From positions 1-35,940 of the forward strand of contig JAAOXW010000015.1 of assembly GCA_018221005.1 (NCBI GenBank): a stretch of DNA of 35,940 nucleotides, read 5' to 3'. Shown in pieces: positions 22,201-29,002 of this stretch. Origin of the DNA: Candidatus Altiarchaeota archaeon (GTDB lineage: Archaea; SpSt-1190). Positions within the stretch are counted from its first letter, which is position 1. Each line of letters opens with the position of its first letter. The position numbers and the translations under genes are program-made. The notes beneath the pieces are model-generated. The model did no database searches and was not told the DNA's origin. It saw only the letters and a list, made by a program, of their open reading frames with translations.

Positions 22201-23447
22201 CAAAAGCATTCTGTTCCAAGACCTCCTGTCGCTTCCCATACACCATCCACACAAGTGTAACCGCCACAGGTCTTCGCACCCCCAATAAGTTCAAGTCCGG
22301 AAGTACATTCTTTTATGGTTCCCAAATCACAACAAAAACTACCATCAACAACCCCACTTTCATCTGAATTGCAACAATTTATGGTGCTGGCCAACCATTC
22401 ACCTGTGCTAAGGCATGTGCATGCCGTTGGACTTAAATCTGAATTGGCGGTCCAAGAGCCAGAATTGCAAAACAAATCATCTCCAAAATTTTCGCAGCTT
22501 TGGTCGCCATAACAAGTGCTGCTATATACACAATCATCACTTCCAGCACAACAAGCGTCGTCATTAGAATCAGGAGAGCAACCGCCAGAACAGGCTCTGC
22601 TCAACCAATATTCACTTGCGGCATTACCACAACAAGCATCAGTTCCAAAATATTTGATACCTTTATCACCTAAAGTTTGGTCAGTGCAATCCTCACAAAC
22701 ACTTCCCGCATCTTCGGCACAATCACTACATGCATTAGAGGAAGAAGCCCATCCAGAGGATGAACAGTAGTACGTCCCTTCATCAGTACCCAAATCAATA
22801 GTCATTTCACTGCAAGTATATAATGAATAAGTGCAAGGCTTTGGTTGGCCTGAATTGCAACCATAGTATATTGAGTTGTAAACGCCATCTTCCAAATAAT
22901 AGTCCGTAGTATCGTCACAACACGCAGTTCCTGTCCACGTTTTTCCTTCGTCGACGCAGGCAGCGGGACAACTTTCATGAACATTATCTGCAGATACCCA
23001 AGCGCCGGAGTAACAGTAGAGCTTTACATCTGCGGTAACGGAATCACAGTCCCCTTTTTGAGTTCCTTTGTCAGCAACACCACAACTGTAAAGTGTTCCG
23101 CTCGCACATGCATATTTTCCGGTGTGAAAACTTCTTGAACCTGAACAGGTTGCCCAAACGGAATCAAAACAAAAGTAAGGGCCAGCAGCCCAAAGCTCAC
23201 CAATAAACGTGGCTTCGTTTTGAGACTCACAAACGGGACCTCCCGCAGTATCCGTACAAGTCATTGAAATTCTGTCATCGTCATAAATTACGCTTGGGGC
23301 ACAATCGATAGAACAATCCTCGGAATCGCACTCATCTGCACAGTAATAGCCAGTTTTAGGAAAACAATCAAAAGAGAAACCAATTTCCGTAAACAAACCA
23401 AAAAAGAACACTAAAAACAAAACGGAGAACACAGCTTGCCTTTTCAC
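19287..23447 (-). CDS. giant Cys-rich modular surface protein with a C-terminal TM anchor
   Basis: 1386 aa with a GTG start, 25 nt from a TATA-like box. The signal-like N-terminus is MKRQAVFSVLFLVFFFGLFTEIGFS. By my hand count there are 138 Cys, all within aa 28-1200. CC-containing and (T/V)YYCxxxxW motifs recur. A CARDB-like beta-sandwich segment (VNFDDIKIGQYGIVTFTIENTGNVPMIVDLDL...) is followed by the TM helix FLVSIAGILGVGFSVWKLFF and a Gly/Tyr/Arg tail. Confidence 0.85.
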   Translation of the reverse strand: MKRQAVFSVLFLVFFFGLFTEIGFSFDCFPKTGYYCADECDSEDCSIDCAPSVIYDDDRISMTCTDTAGGPVCESQNEATFIGELWAAGPYFCFDSVWATCSGSRSFHTGKYACASGTLYSCGVADKGTQKGDCDSVTADVKLYCYSGAWVSADNVHESCPAACVDEGKTWTGTACCDDTTDYYLEDGVYNSIYYGCNSGQPKPCTYSLYTCSEMTIDLGTDEGTYYCSSSGWASSSNACSDCAEDAGSVCEDCTDQTLGDKGIKYFGTDACCGNAASEYWLSRACSGGCSPDSNDDACCAGSDDCVYSSTCYGDQSCENFGDDLFCNSGSWTANSDLSPTACTCLSTGEWLASTINCCNSDESGVVDGSFCCDLGTIKECTSGLELIGGAKTCGGYTCVDGVWEATGGLGTECFCDGIPGCSSDSEYCELQGKTSACVYGDLCYDGNDDVTVSGITYVCKIGDSVTCGEWLLKNGEDCTQDLNCYSEKCVAELNYNNYVCSDPNYCPDGVSTHYKGSWGCHGNGEKTQCVYSTTYGRSQWDTANEVTCSSSSEVGDIGNQPFRAGKVIEASGKCTAGVCDSEIEFKDTCVSPTQLTEYYLSGETKVSATHSTSSYQSCFNGNNYNTSKCVTYLTRGKLVWEPHSLDSGEDYCTGCSKSWINNGCCETGDDITPYLNGEPTGAACENGVPKTCSGTSCSSTINVEAETYYCLSSIWTPQTLSIDSCQGACEAEAYDWNGACCYSANEGLDGNELCHNNIWYSATGNKGTYFNEYLSDDAIWNVCTTPDTYLVLNINGDDTKFICNGEVWEDEECAAQGDTSRTMCEEVCGKDWVGETDLTTCCGNNAEDEFEINGTYACADGGAQMCTIACDSLDIGATTYYCHQDNWQDNSLFVGSTLVQGPAESSGCCNYGQCWDAGCFDSGLQEGTICSQGTWVECTTDNLCQSMTVAGQVYYCTDNGWAIESETFCDIMSGACSEGVCKKCGLDYNFGEDVEGLMCTSAGIFSGTCMSDDDCVASNDCTQGVCDGGQCAQANLACGTTCPTGFCSGAGLCSPPLASGQVCACGELCSSGLYCDDTTSVCKTPESCGDGVCQVGECSACTEDCTLDQCIDDGTCSTLIGETCQNSGDCSCYGASCNPTSPQSDSRGCFANVCGNNVCEEGECSICLSDCSADTCSDNGQCDLVLGETCENSPNDCTCSLSVSEVNFDDIKIGQYGIVTFTIENTGNVPMIVDLDLIAAGIETNWLGSKRKQLSPGEFEDIEIRAKASSQGTYNINVLASSSQAGDLNVGTIAVVVKSSNFFADALALFKGSELYGTIFEPFEFLVSIAGILGVGFSVWKLFFSKVKKTNPYRMPLQGYYGSGYNRGYYNRQGGQFKGYYRQFK

Positions 23448-23466
23448 ATAAAATCTAAGCTTCGGC

Positions 23467-23477
23467 GGTATTTTTAC
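23467..23477 (-). promoter_or_regulatory. TATA-like box for the giant gene
   Basis: The reverse strand reads gtaaaaatacc, centred about 25 nt upstream of the GTG at 23447. Confidence 0.45.
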
Positions 23478-23483
23478 TTTACT

Positions 23484-25739
23484 CTAGGTTGAAATCTGGG
23501 CTGTCTGGAATCTTCCTTTACTCTCAATCAAGTAAGGTAAATATTTAATTGATTTGAAAGAAGAAGCAACCCTGTTTGCAGCGTAAGCTGTCATTGCCGG
23601 ACCTACTGCAAAGAAGGCGTACGCCCCCTTTGTGAGCTGTGTGGCGGCATTAAGTGCTTTTTCTGCCACGGGAACCTCGGCCATTGCTTCTGACAAGTCT
23701 AGTTGGTACTCTTTCTGGAGGCCGTGTAATCTTTGTATTTCATTCAAATGACCTGCGAGAACTTGCTGGTAGGTTGCAATTTCAGACAAATCATTCACAA
23801 CATTCTGGCTTTCAATGTTGAAATCATTAGCGAGATTGTATTGCTCAAGGGCCGCCTCGTATTGTGCATAATATCTGTTGATGTACTCATCGCTCGTAAT
23901 GCCCATGTCCTCATAAAGATATCTTGCAAGAGCATATTCATTCACTGGCGCATCCGGATCGAGGGTGTTTAAAGTGTCTGGATCCATGTCTATTTCACCA
24001 TCGTTATCCAAATCCCAGTCTTCAATATAATCCAGTAAGCCATCACCATCCATATCCATTTTTTCGAGCCCCAACTCATTCCAAGTCACATATGTACCCT
24101 GAAGGTCTGCTTGAACTTGTTCAAAGGCAGTTTGAACTTCATCAGAGTAAGTGGTGTACATTGCCATTGAGTCTTGGTCATTAATCTGCCAAATCACCTT
24201 ACCATCACCGTCTTCAACAAAGGTAATGTCAGTAACTCCGTCATTATCCAAATCCCAATCGCCATTTTCGGTGTCAGGAACCCACTCACCATCAACTTTC
24301 TTTAATTTGTAGTCTGCTTTTCCATCGCCATCACTATCAATGAAGAGATTGTCAATAGTGTCCATGATTTCCATTGCGGCTTCATATTTGGCGTGTGCTA
24401 CGAGCCAGTCACCATATTTCTCATTTATTAACGGATCGGTCGTAATGCCCATATCTTCAAATAAGTATCTTGAAAGCGCTTCTTCATTTACGGGCGCATC
24501 CGGATCGAGGGTGTTTAAAGTGTCTGGATCCATGTCTATTTCACCATCGTTATCCAAATCCCAGTCTTCTTCATAATCAATCAGGCCATCTCCATCAATA
24601 TCAGCAACCGCCATGAATTCTGCCATGTAAGTATCATATTGCGCCACTAGGTCTTCGTGCCTTCCGGCACTAATTTCTGCGAGTAGTCGGAGTCTGCCCC
24701 CAGTACCCGAATATTCATCACCTAATTCTTGTTCGGCTAAATCCATAATACCTTGGACTCTTTGAACTTCCGCCTGGGCACCATCATATACACCTTGAGC
24801 CAACATCATTCGTCTCCAAGTGACCCACCATGCAACGGCTGCTGCACCCAGTCCAAAAATAACTGCGGGAACAACTGCCTTCCATTTGACTTTCTTTTCT
24901 TTCTCAAGCGCTTTAACCATGAGTTTCTTATTACCAAGAGGAATCTCACCATAGTTAGTCAGTTGGTCGATTTCACTCTGCATAGTTCCAAGGACTGAAT
25001 TCGCAAGAATTCCTGCTGCATCGCTTTCATATGAAAAAATCACATCGGGAGTTCTACCTGCATTCACAGCAGCTCTAAATTCATCATTAAGTAAAGTGTA
25101 AACATCAGTTCTTGCGGCTTTTTCAAGAGAAAATATTTTATCCTGAACTTTTTTAGTTGTCTTATAACTTTTCAAAAAGTCCTTTCTCAATTTTTTATTG
25201 AAGTCTTGAATCTCCCCTTTGAGCTTACTGATTTGCCCCCTCATCTTCTTGCGGGCTTTTCTTTTGGCCCCCCTCTTTTCAGGAGTATCAATCCACTCAG
25301 AAAGAATTTTCTTATTTTTGGTCCTAAGTGTCTGGAAATATGTGTTTATGTCGCTCTTTAGTTTCTGTCTCTGACCTTCGCCTTCGGTGAGAGAGTGATT
25401 AAGTTTCCCAACTAACTTATCATCCAAAAGCTGGAAGTTGAGCACATATGCGTCTTTTTCAAGAACTTCTGCAGTCTCAGCCCTTGAGTCTTTCAATGAA
25501 AGTCGATAATCTTTATTTTTCAACTCGCCAACCAAACGCCCTTCGGGGCGTCCAGACCACTTATTTTCTATGGGGTCCATGAGAATTCCTTCATCGAAAT
25601 CAAGCTCTTCTTGTTTGAAATGTGCTGCAATTGCAGGATCAATGTTCCTCCAAAAAAGGTTGGCAAAGTAAAAATCAGAATATTGTGCAGTCTCACCGGG
25701 TCGAGTAGTTGCCCTGTGCGTCTGTGTAGTTACCGACAT
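23484..25739 (-). CDS. two-TM coiled-coil protein with extracytoplasmic EF-hand/TSP3-like calcium-binding loops
   Basis: 751 aa. The N-terminal part is Lys/Glu-rich and coiled-coil-like. TM1 is AVVPAVIFGLGAAAVAWWVTW. The following 390-aa Asp-rich domain has DIDGDGLIDYEE (canonical DxDxDGxIxxxE), DLDNDGEIDMD, DSDGDGKADY, DLDNDGVTDI, EDGDGKV and DMDGDGLLDYIE. TM2 is GAYAFFAVGPAMTAYAA, near the C-terminus. Confidence 0.8.
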   Translation of the reverse strand: MSVTTQTHRATTRPGETAQYSDFYFANLFWRNIDPAIAAHFKQEELDFDEGILMDPIENKWSGRPEGRLVGELKNKDYRLSLKDSRAETAEVLEKDAYVLNFQLLDDKLVGKLNHSLTEGEGQRQKLKSDINTYFQTLRTKNKKILSEWIDTPEKRGAKRKARKKMRGQISKLKGEIQDFNKKLRKDFLKSYKTTKKVQDKIFSLEKAARTDVYTLLNDEFRAAVNAGRTPDVIFSYESDAAGILANSVLGTMQSEIDQLTNYGEIPLGNKKLMVKALEKEKKVKWKAVVPAVIFGLGAAAVAWWVTWRRMMLAQGVYDGAQAEVQRVQGIMDLAEQELGDEYSGTGGRLRLLAEISAGRHEDLVAQYDTYMAEFMAVADIDGDGLIDYEEDWDLDNDGEIDMDPDTLNTLDPDAPVNEEALSRYLFEDMGITTDPLINEKYGDWLVAHAKYEAAMEIMDTIDNLFIDSDGDGKADYKLKKVDGEWVPDTENGDWDLDNDGVTDITFVEDGDGKVIWQINDQDSMAMYTTYSDEVQTAFEQVQADLQGTYVTWNELGLEKMDMDGDGLLDYIEDWDLDNDGEIDMDPDTLNTLDPDAPVNEYALARYLYEDMGITSDEYINRYYAQYEAALEQYNLANDFNIESQNVVNDLSEIATYQQVLAGHLNEIQRLHGLQKEYQLDLSEAMAEVPVAEKALNAATQLTKGAYAFFAVGPAMTAYAANRVASSFKSIKYLPYLIESKGRFQTAQIST
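23947..24023 (-). repeat. 77-bp perfect intragenic direct repeat, copy 2 (protein order)
   Basis: Identical to 24493-24569. It encodes EDWDLDNDGEIDMDPDTLNTLDPDAP. Confidence 0.85.
24493..24569 (-). repeat. 77-bp perfect intragenic direct repeat, copy 1 (protein order)
   Basis: Identical to 23947-24023. The offset is 546 bp (182 codons, in frame). Confidence 0.85.
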
Positions 25740-25759
25740 ACAAGCTCACACAAGTTCAA

Positions 25760-25772
25760 CTTATAATATTTT
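25760..25772 (-). promoter_or_regulatory. TATA-like box for the 751-aa gene
   Basis: The reverse strand reads aaaatattataag, centred about 27 nt upstream of the ATG at 25739. Confidence 0.45.
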
Positions 25773-25799
25773 CCCGACTTAGGAAGGGCAAAGAAGGCC

Positions 25800-26039
25800 T
25801 TATTCCTTGTATTCAATAACTTTTGGGGCGTTCATAGCCTCGTAACACTTATCAGAAATTTCAAGATCGGGGTGTGCATAAGGCTTGGCCTCAACTTCCC
25901 CATTTCTTTTCACAACATTTACGAGTCCATCGTCCAGAATGTTAATGGAATTAATGTCGTTTGCAAAGGCACAGTAGCTACCTGGTTTTTCAGCATACTC
26001 GCCGCTTGAAAGCTCCTTTGTCATGTATATCCCACACAT
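25800..26039 (-). CDS. hypothetical small protein
   Basis: 79-aa ORF. It starts 7 nt after the stop of the 279-aa gene, with aaggga just upstream, so the two are probably co-transcribed. I recognise no motif. Confidence 0.45.
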   Translation of the reverse strand: MCGIYMTKELSSGEYAEKPGSYCAFANDINSINILDDGLVNVVKRNGEVEAKPYAHPDLEISDKCYEAMNAPKVIEYKE

Positions 26040-26046
26040 AAGTCCC

Positions 26047-26886
26047 TTATATTTTTTTACGTTTCAGTAATTTCTTGAATTCTGAGCCCAAGTGAGGGGT
26101 GAATCTTCCCTCAGAAAGCTCGTAAACACCGAAGTTAAACCCATTTGGAGTTGGAACCACCCCAACATAAACCGTCGCAAGATTGAACCTATCCAATAGG
26201 TCCTTTGGTTCTGGCGTAATCTCCCTCTCCCTAAAGCCAACAACAACTCCTGATTGATTACGTCCCAAATATGGATAGGCCCGCAAGGCGGGCTTCAAGT
26301 AGTAATCATATATTTCACTTTGTTGTAGGTCGTCCAAGTGGCATTCCCTTGTCCACTCAGGCATATTTCTGCTTGGGGCTATCTTCATATCGTAGCCATC
26401 AAATTCAGCGGTAAATAAAGTCTTTACTGGAAATTTTAAAGAGGAGATGTCATGAGTTTTTCCGCGGGCGCTTCCCTGTCCATCAAGAATATCATAAATT
26501 TCATTATGTGATTGTGCTTGAACCAAATCCCTAAGAACTTTTCTGGCGTCCGGTATTGGTAAATTAGATTTCAATATGTTATAATCAGTCACACCATCCA
26601 AGCTCTCAGAAAGTCTTTCAAAATCAGGCAAAGTGGTGTGTGAAACAATGGTCTCTTTCAAAGTTATAAAATCCTCAATGTCCATAAAATAATATACCAG
26701 ACTCATTTCGAGTTTGTCCTCAATTTCATTGCAGTAAAAACCCTGAGGCATCGCCCTTGCAGAAGCAGGAAGGAAGGCTTTGTGTAAATGAAGCGCAGGT
26801 ACATCTTCTGAATCAACCCCTTGCTCTTCGGCAATGAAGTAGGTGGGTCGCTTAGTACCTTTTGGCATTTTGATAAACGTGGGCAC
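26047..26886 (-). CDS. hypothetical cytoplasmic protein
   Basis: 279-aa ORF with a GTG start, 23 nt from a TATA-like box. It has no TM segment and a basic C-terminus (KKLLKRKKI). I recognise no family. Confidence 0.6.
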   Translation of the reverse strand: MPTFIKMPKGTKRPTYFIAEEQGVDSEDVPALHLHKAFLPASARAMPQGFYCNEIEDKLEMSLVYYFMDIEDFITLKETIVSHTTLPDFERLSESLDGVTDYNILKSNLPIPDARKVLRDLVQAQSHNEIYDILDGQGSARGKTHDISSLKFPVKTLFTAEFDGYDMKIAPSRNMPEWTRECHLDDLQQSEIYDYYLKPALRAYPYLGRNQSGVVVGFREREITPEPKDLLDRFNLATVYVGVVPTPNGFNFGVYELSEGRFTPHLGSEFKKLLKRKKI

Positions 26887-26901
26887 TTCAGTATGAGGGC
26901 G

Positions 26902-26915
26902 TGTATACTATAAAA
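26902..26915 (-). promoter_or_regulatory. TATA-like box for the 279-aa gene
   Basis: The reverse strand reads gttttatagtatac, centred about 23 nt upstream of the GTG at 26886. Confidence 0.45.
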
Positions 26916-27054
26916 CTATTACTATCGAGAGGTAGAGAACAAAAGGGGTAGAACTCCAGAGGTCAATCAGGGGTAGAAGTATTAATGCTATTCGTAAGAA
27001 GTTGGGGTTTGCAAAAAGGGGTTTATTGATAGCTCCTGAACTTATCCATTGTGC

Positions 27055-27190
27055 TTAAACTGGGATTAATCAGGTATAACATGGGCATAACTGAGATTAA
27101 CCACGTATAACTGGGACTAACTGGCCTAAACTGGGATTAACCATGTATAACCGGGGTATAACTGAGATTAGCAAGGCATAAACAGGGATC
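27055..27190. repeat. 13-unit degenerate tandem array with about 10.25-bp period (TAAC-YRGGR-type units)
   Basis: Units start at 27056, 67, 77, 88, 98, 108, 118, 127, 138, 148, 159, 169 and 179. Examples are TAAACTGGGAT, TAACTGAGAT, TAACCACGTA, TAACTGGGAC, TAACCATGTA and TAACCGGGGTA. There is also a higher-order repeat of about 61-71 bp: 27057-27117 against 27128-27188, about 50/61 identical. Confidence 0.8.
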
Positions 27191-27300
27191 TCTGGACAAA
27201 AAAGTTTATTAACCTTCCACGTCCCACCATTACATAAAATCCCTGAGGTGGCCTTCGGGCCATTCTCAGGCCCTATTTTCAATAATTAATTTAATTATGT

Positions 27301-27891
27301 GTGTGTTGTACTTCAATGTCCTCAGACGAAGTGATAATATTTATTGACGGAAGCAACTTGTATCATTCTCTCAAAAGGGGACTGAAAATGAAAAAGCTTA
27401 ATCTTTCTAAATTTGTAGAAATGTTAACAAATAAAAGAAAGCTCAAGGAGGTTAACTACTACAATGCGCCAAAAGTGCCTGCAGGTACGGAAGCTGCAGA
27501 AATTCATAGAAGATTTATTGAGTACGTAAAATCCCTTCCAAAATTTAAAGTTAAACTTGGAAAAATATCCAGAAAAACTAAATTTTGTTTTGCCTGTGAA
27601 AAATATTCAAAGGTTGCTGTTGAGAAAAAAGTTGATGTCATGATTGCGACAGATATGTTTGCTGCAGCAATTAGTGGCAAGTGTGGAACTATTATACTTG
27701 TTTCTGGAGACAATGATTTTACATACGTTGTATCTGAAATCAAAAAGTTGGATATCGATGTTGAGGTTGCTTGTTTTAGGAATAGCCTTGCCGCAGAACT
27801 TAGGGGTTCTGCTACCCATGTAATAACCTTAGACAAACTTAAGTTAGACGAAACCTGTAAACGCAAACCACTAACTGAACTTGGCTTCTAA
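27301..27891 (+). CDS. NYN-domain (LabA/DUF88-like, PIN-fold) protein
   Basis: VIIFIDGSNLYHSL...VDVMIATDMFAAA...IILVSGDNDFTYVV..VEVACF follows the NYN acidic-residue pattern, with an inserted CFACEKYS segment. The track start is GTG 27301. ATG 27316 (MSSDEV) fits an AT-rich box at 27283-27297. Confidence 0.75.
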   Translation: MCCTSMSSDEVIIFIDGSNLYHSLKRGLKMKKLNLSKFVEMLTNKRKLKEVNYYNAPKVPAGTEAAEIHRRFIEYVKSLPKFKVKLGKISRKTKFCFACEKYSKVAVEKKVDVMIATDMFAAAISGKCGTIILVSGDNDFTYVVSEIKKLDIDVEVACFRNSLAAELRGSATHVITLDKLKLDETCKRKPLTELGF

Positions 27892-27896
27892 ATGAG

Positions 27897-28988
27897 TTAA
27901 AATCCCTCACTTCTGACCTTCTTCACCATATCCGTCTTCCCAGGGTCCGTCCCCCTGAATCTGGCCACCCAATAAGTGAGCCATTCAATGGCAATCATCT
28001 GTGTGATGGGACTCAACAGGTCGTCCAAGACGGGGTCTGAAGAAACCTTGACGGGTTCGATTTTGAGGAGTTTGGCCTTTTTCCCCCATAGTTTGGCCAC
28101 CTTTTCCGCGTGCTCCCGTATGGGTGCATAGGTGGGGGGCATGAAAAGGACTAAACCTTGTTTACGTTTATTCGCCTTTTCTAGGGTTTCAATTGAAGAG
28201 TGGAGGAATTCTTCAGTCATTACTGCTGCTGAATCTTCCTTCACTGCTTCCATAGTCATTATCATGGCTGCCTTGTAGGCCATCCCAAATCGAGGGCCAT
28301 CCCCCATGAAATAAGCGGGCAACATTTTGTCAAAAGTTTTGGCCTCTTTCTTCCACTTATCCTCACAATTAATAGTCAGTTCATCAATTAAGAGAGCAAT
28401 TCTTTCCACTTCCTTCGAGATGTCCTGCTTTGCCAGTTCTGACAGAATCATCAGTAGTAAAATCATTGAACTGTGGAAGGTTTGAGTTGAAGGGGTGGGT
28501 TTTTCTGGATACATAGTAGTCGAAGTAGCAAGAACAATACCCTTATGATCTGCAATTTTCCAAATCCCCTCGCCAATGTTATTGGGGTCTGCTTGAAGGT
28601 TAGTTATTGCAATTAATTTGCAACCCTTTTCAATGGCCAGCTCCATGGCATCCATGGTGTCCTTGGTCTTGCCGGACTGAGTTAGAAAAATTACAAGAGT
28701 CTCGGGCCCCAAAGCTTTGGGGGGATAGTCTGCCATAGTTCGAGAGTGAATTACTTCAAGAGGTTTATCTCCAAAGGCCTTGTACAAGTATTGACAGGAG
28801 AGGGGAATTGAAAATTTATCCCCACAGCCCGTAAGAATGATGTGATTAAATTCGAGGAAGCGAAGGGCAGCCACCTTCTCCCTATTGTCTTCCAAAGTTG
28901 TCTTAACTGCCTTCCCTTGCTCCAGTATGAACTTTCGCATTTGAGTTGAATCTTTTCCTAAGTGGGTTGCCATAACGGAGGTACACAT
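27897..28988 (-). CDS. double-SIS protein related to the GlmS isomerase domain (GlmD/AgaS/FrlB-like)
   Basis: HIILTGCGDKFSIPL..., VIFLTQSGKTKDTMDAMELAIEKGCKLIAITN, a second SIS domain (YFMGDGPRFGMAYKAAMIMTMEA...EEFLHS) and a C-terminal GTDPGKTDMVKKV. This resembles the GlmS C-terminus (D.DqPRNLAKSVTVE). Confidence 0.7.
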   Translation of the reverse strand: MCTSVMATHLGKDSTQMRKFILEQGKAVKTTLEDNREKVAALRFLEFNHIILTGCGDKFSIPLSCQYLYKAFGDKPLEVIHSRTMADYPPKALGPETLVIFLTQSGKTKDTMDAMELAIEKGCKLIAITNLQADPNNIGEGIWKIADHKGIVLATSTTMYPEKPTPSTQTFHSSMILLLMILSELAKQDISKEVERIALLIDELTINCEDKWKKEAKTFDKMLPAYFMGDGPRFGMAYKAAMIMTMEAVKEDSAAVMTEEFLHSSIETLEKANKRKQGLVLFMPPTYAPIREHAEKVAKLWGKKAKLLKIEPVKVSSDPVLDDLLSPITQMIAIEWLTYWVARFRGTDPGKTDMVKKVRSEGF

Positions 28989-29002
28989 ATGGAATAAATA
29001 AA

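Noticed and set aside
19892-23230. About a dozen 60-120-aa ORFs on either strand inside the giant gene (for example 20018-20326, 20087-20413, 22005-22367 and 22516-22770).
   Set aside because: They are shadow ORFs within a 4.2-kb uninterrupted frame whose product has coherent signal, repeat and TM architecture. Their translations are low-complexity with no motifs.
27055-27190. A CRISPR array.
   Set aside because: The units are only 9-11 bp, degenerate and contiguous, without spacers. No cas genes are present.
27097-27282. A 61-aa reverse-strand ORF across the phased repeat array.
   Set aside because: Its sequence is just the translated repeat (…LISVIPRLYMVNPSLGQLVPVI…). It has no promoter spacing or coding signature.
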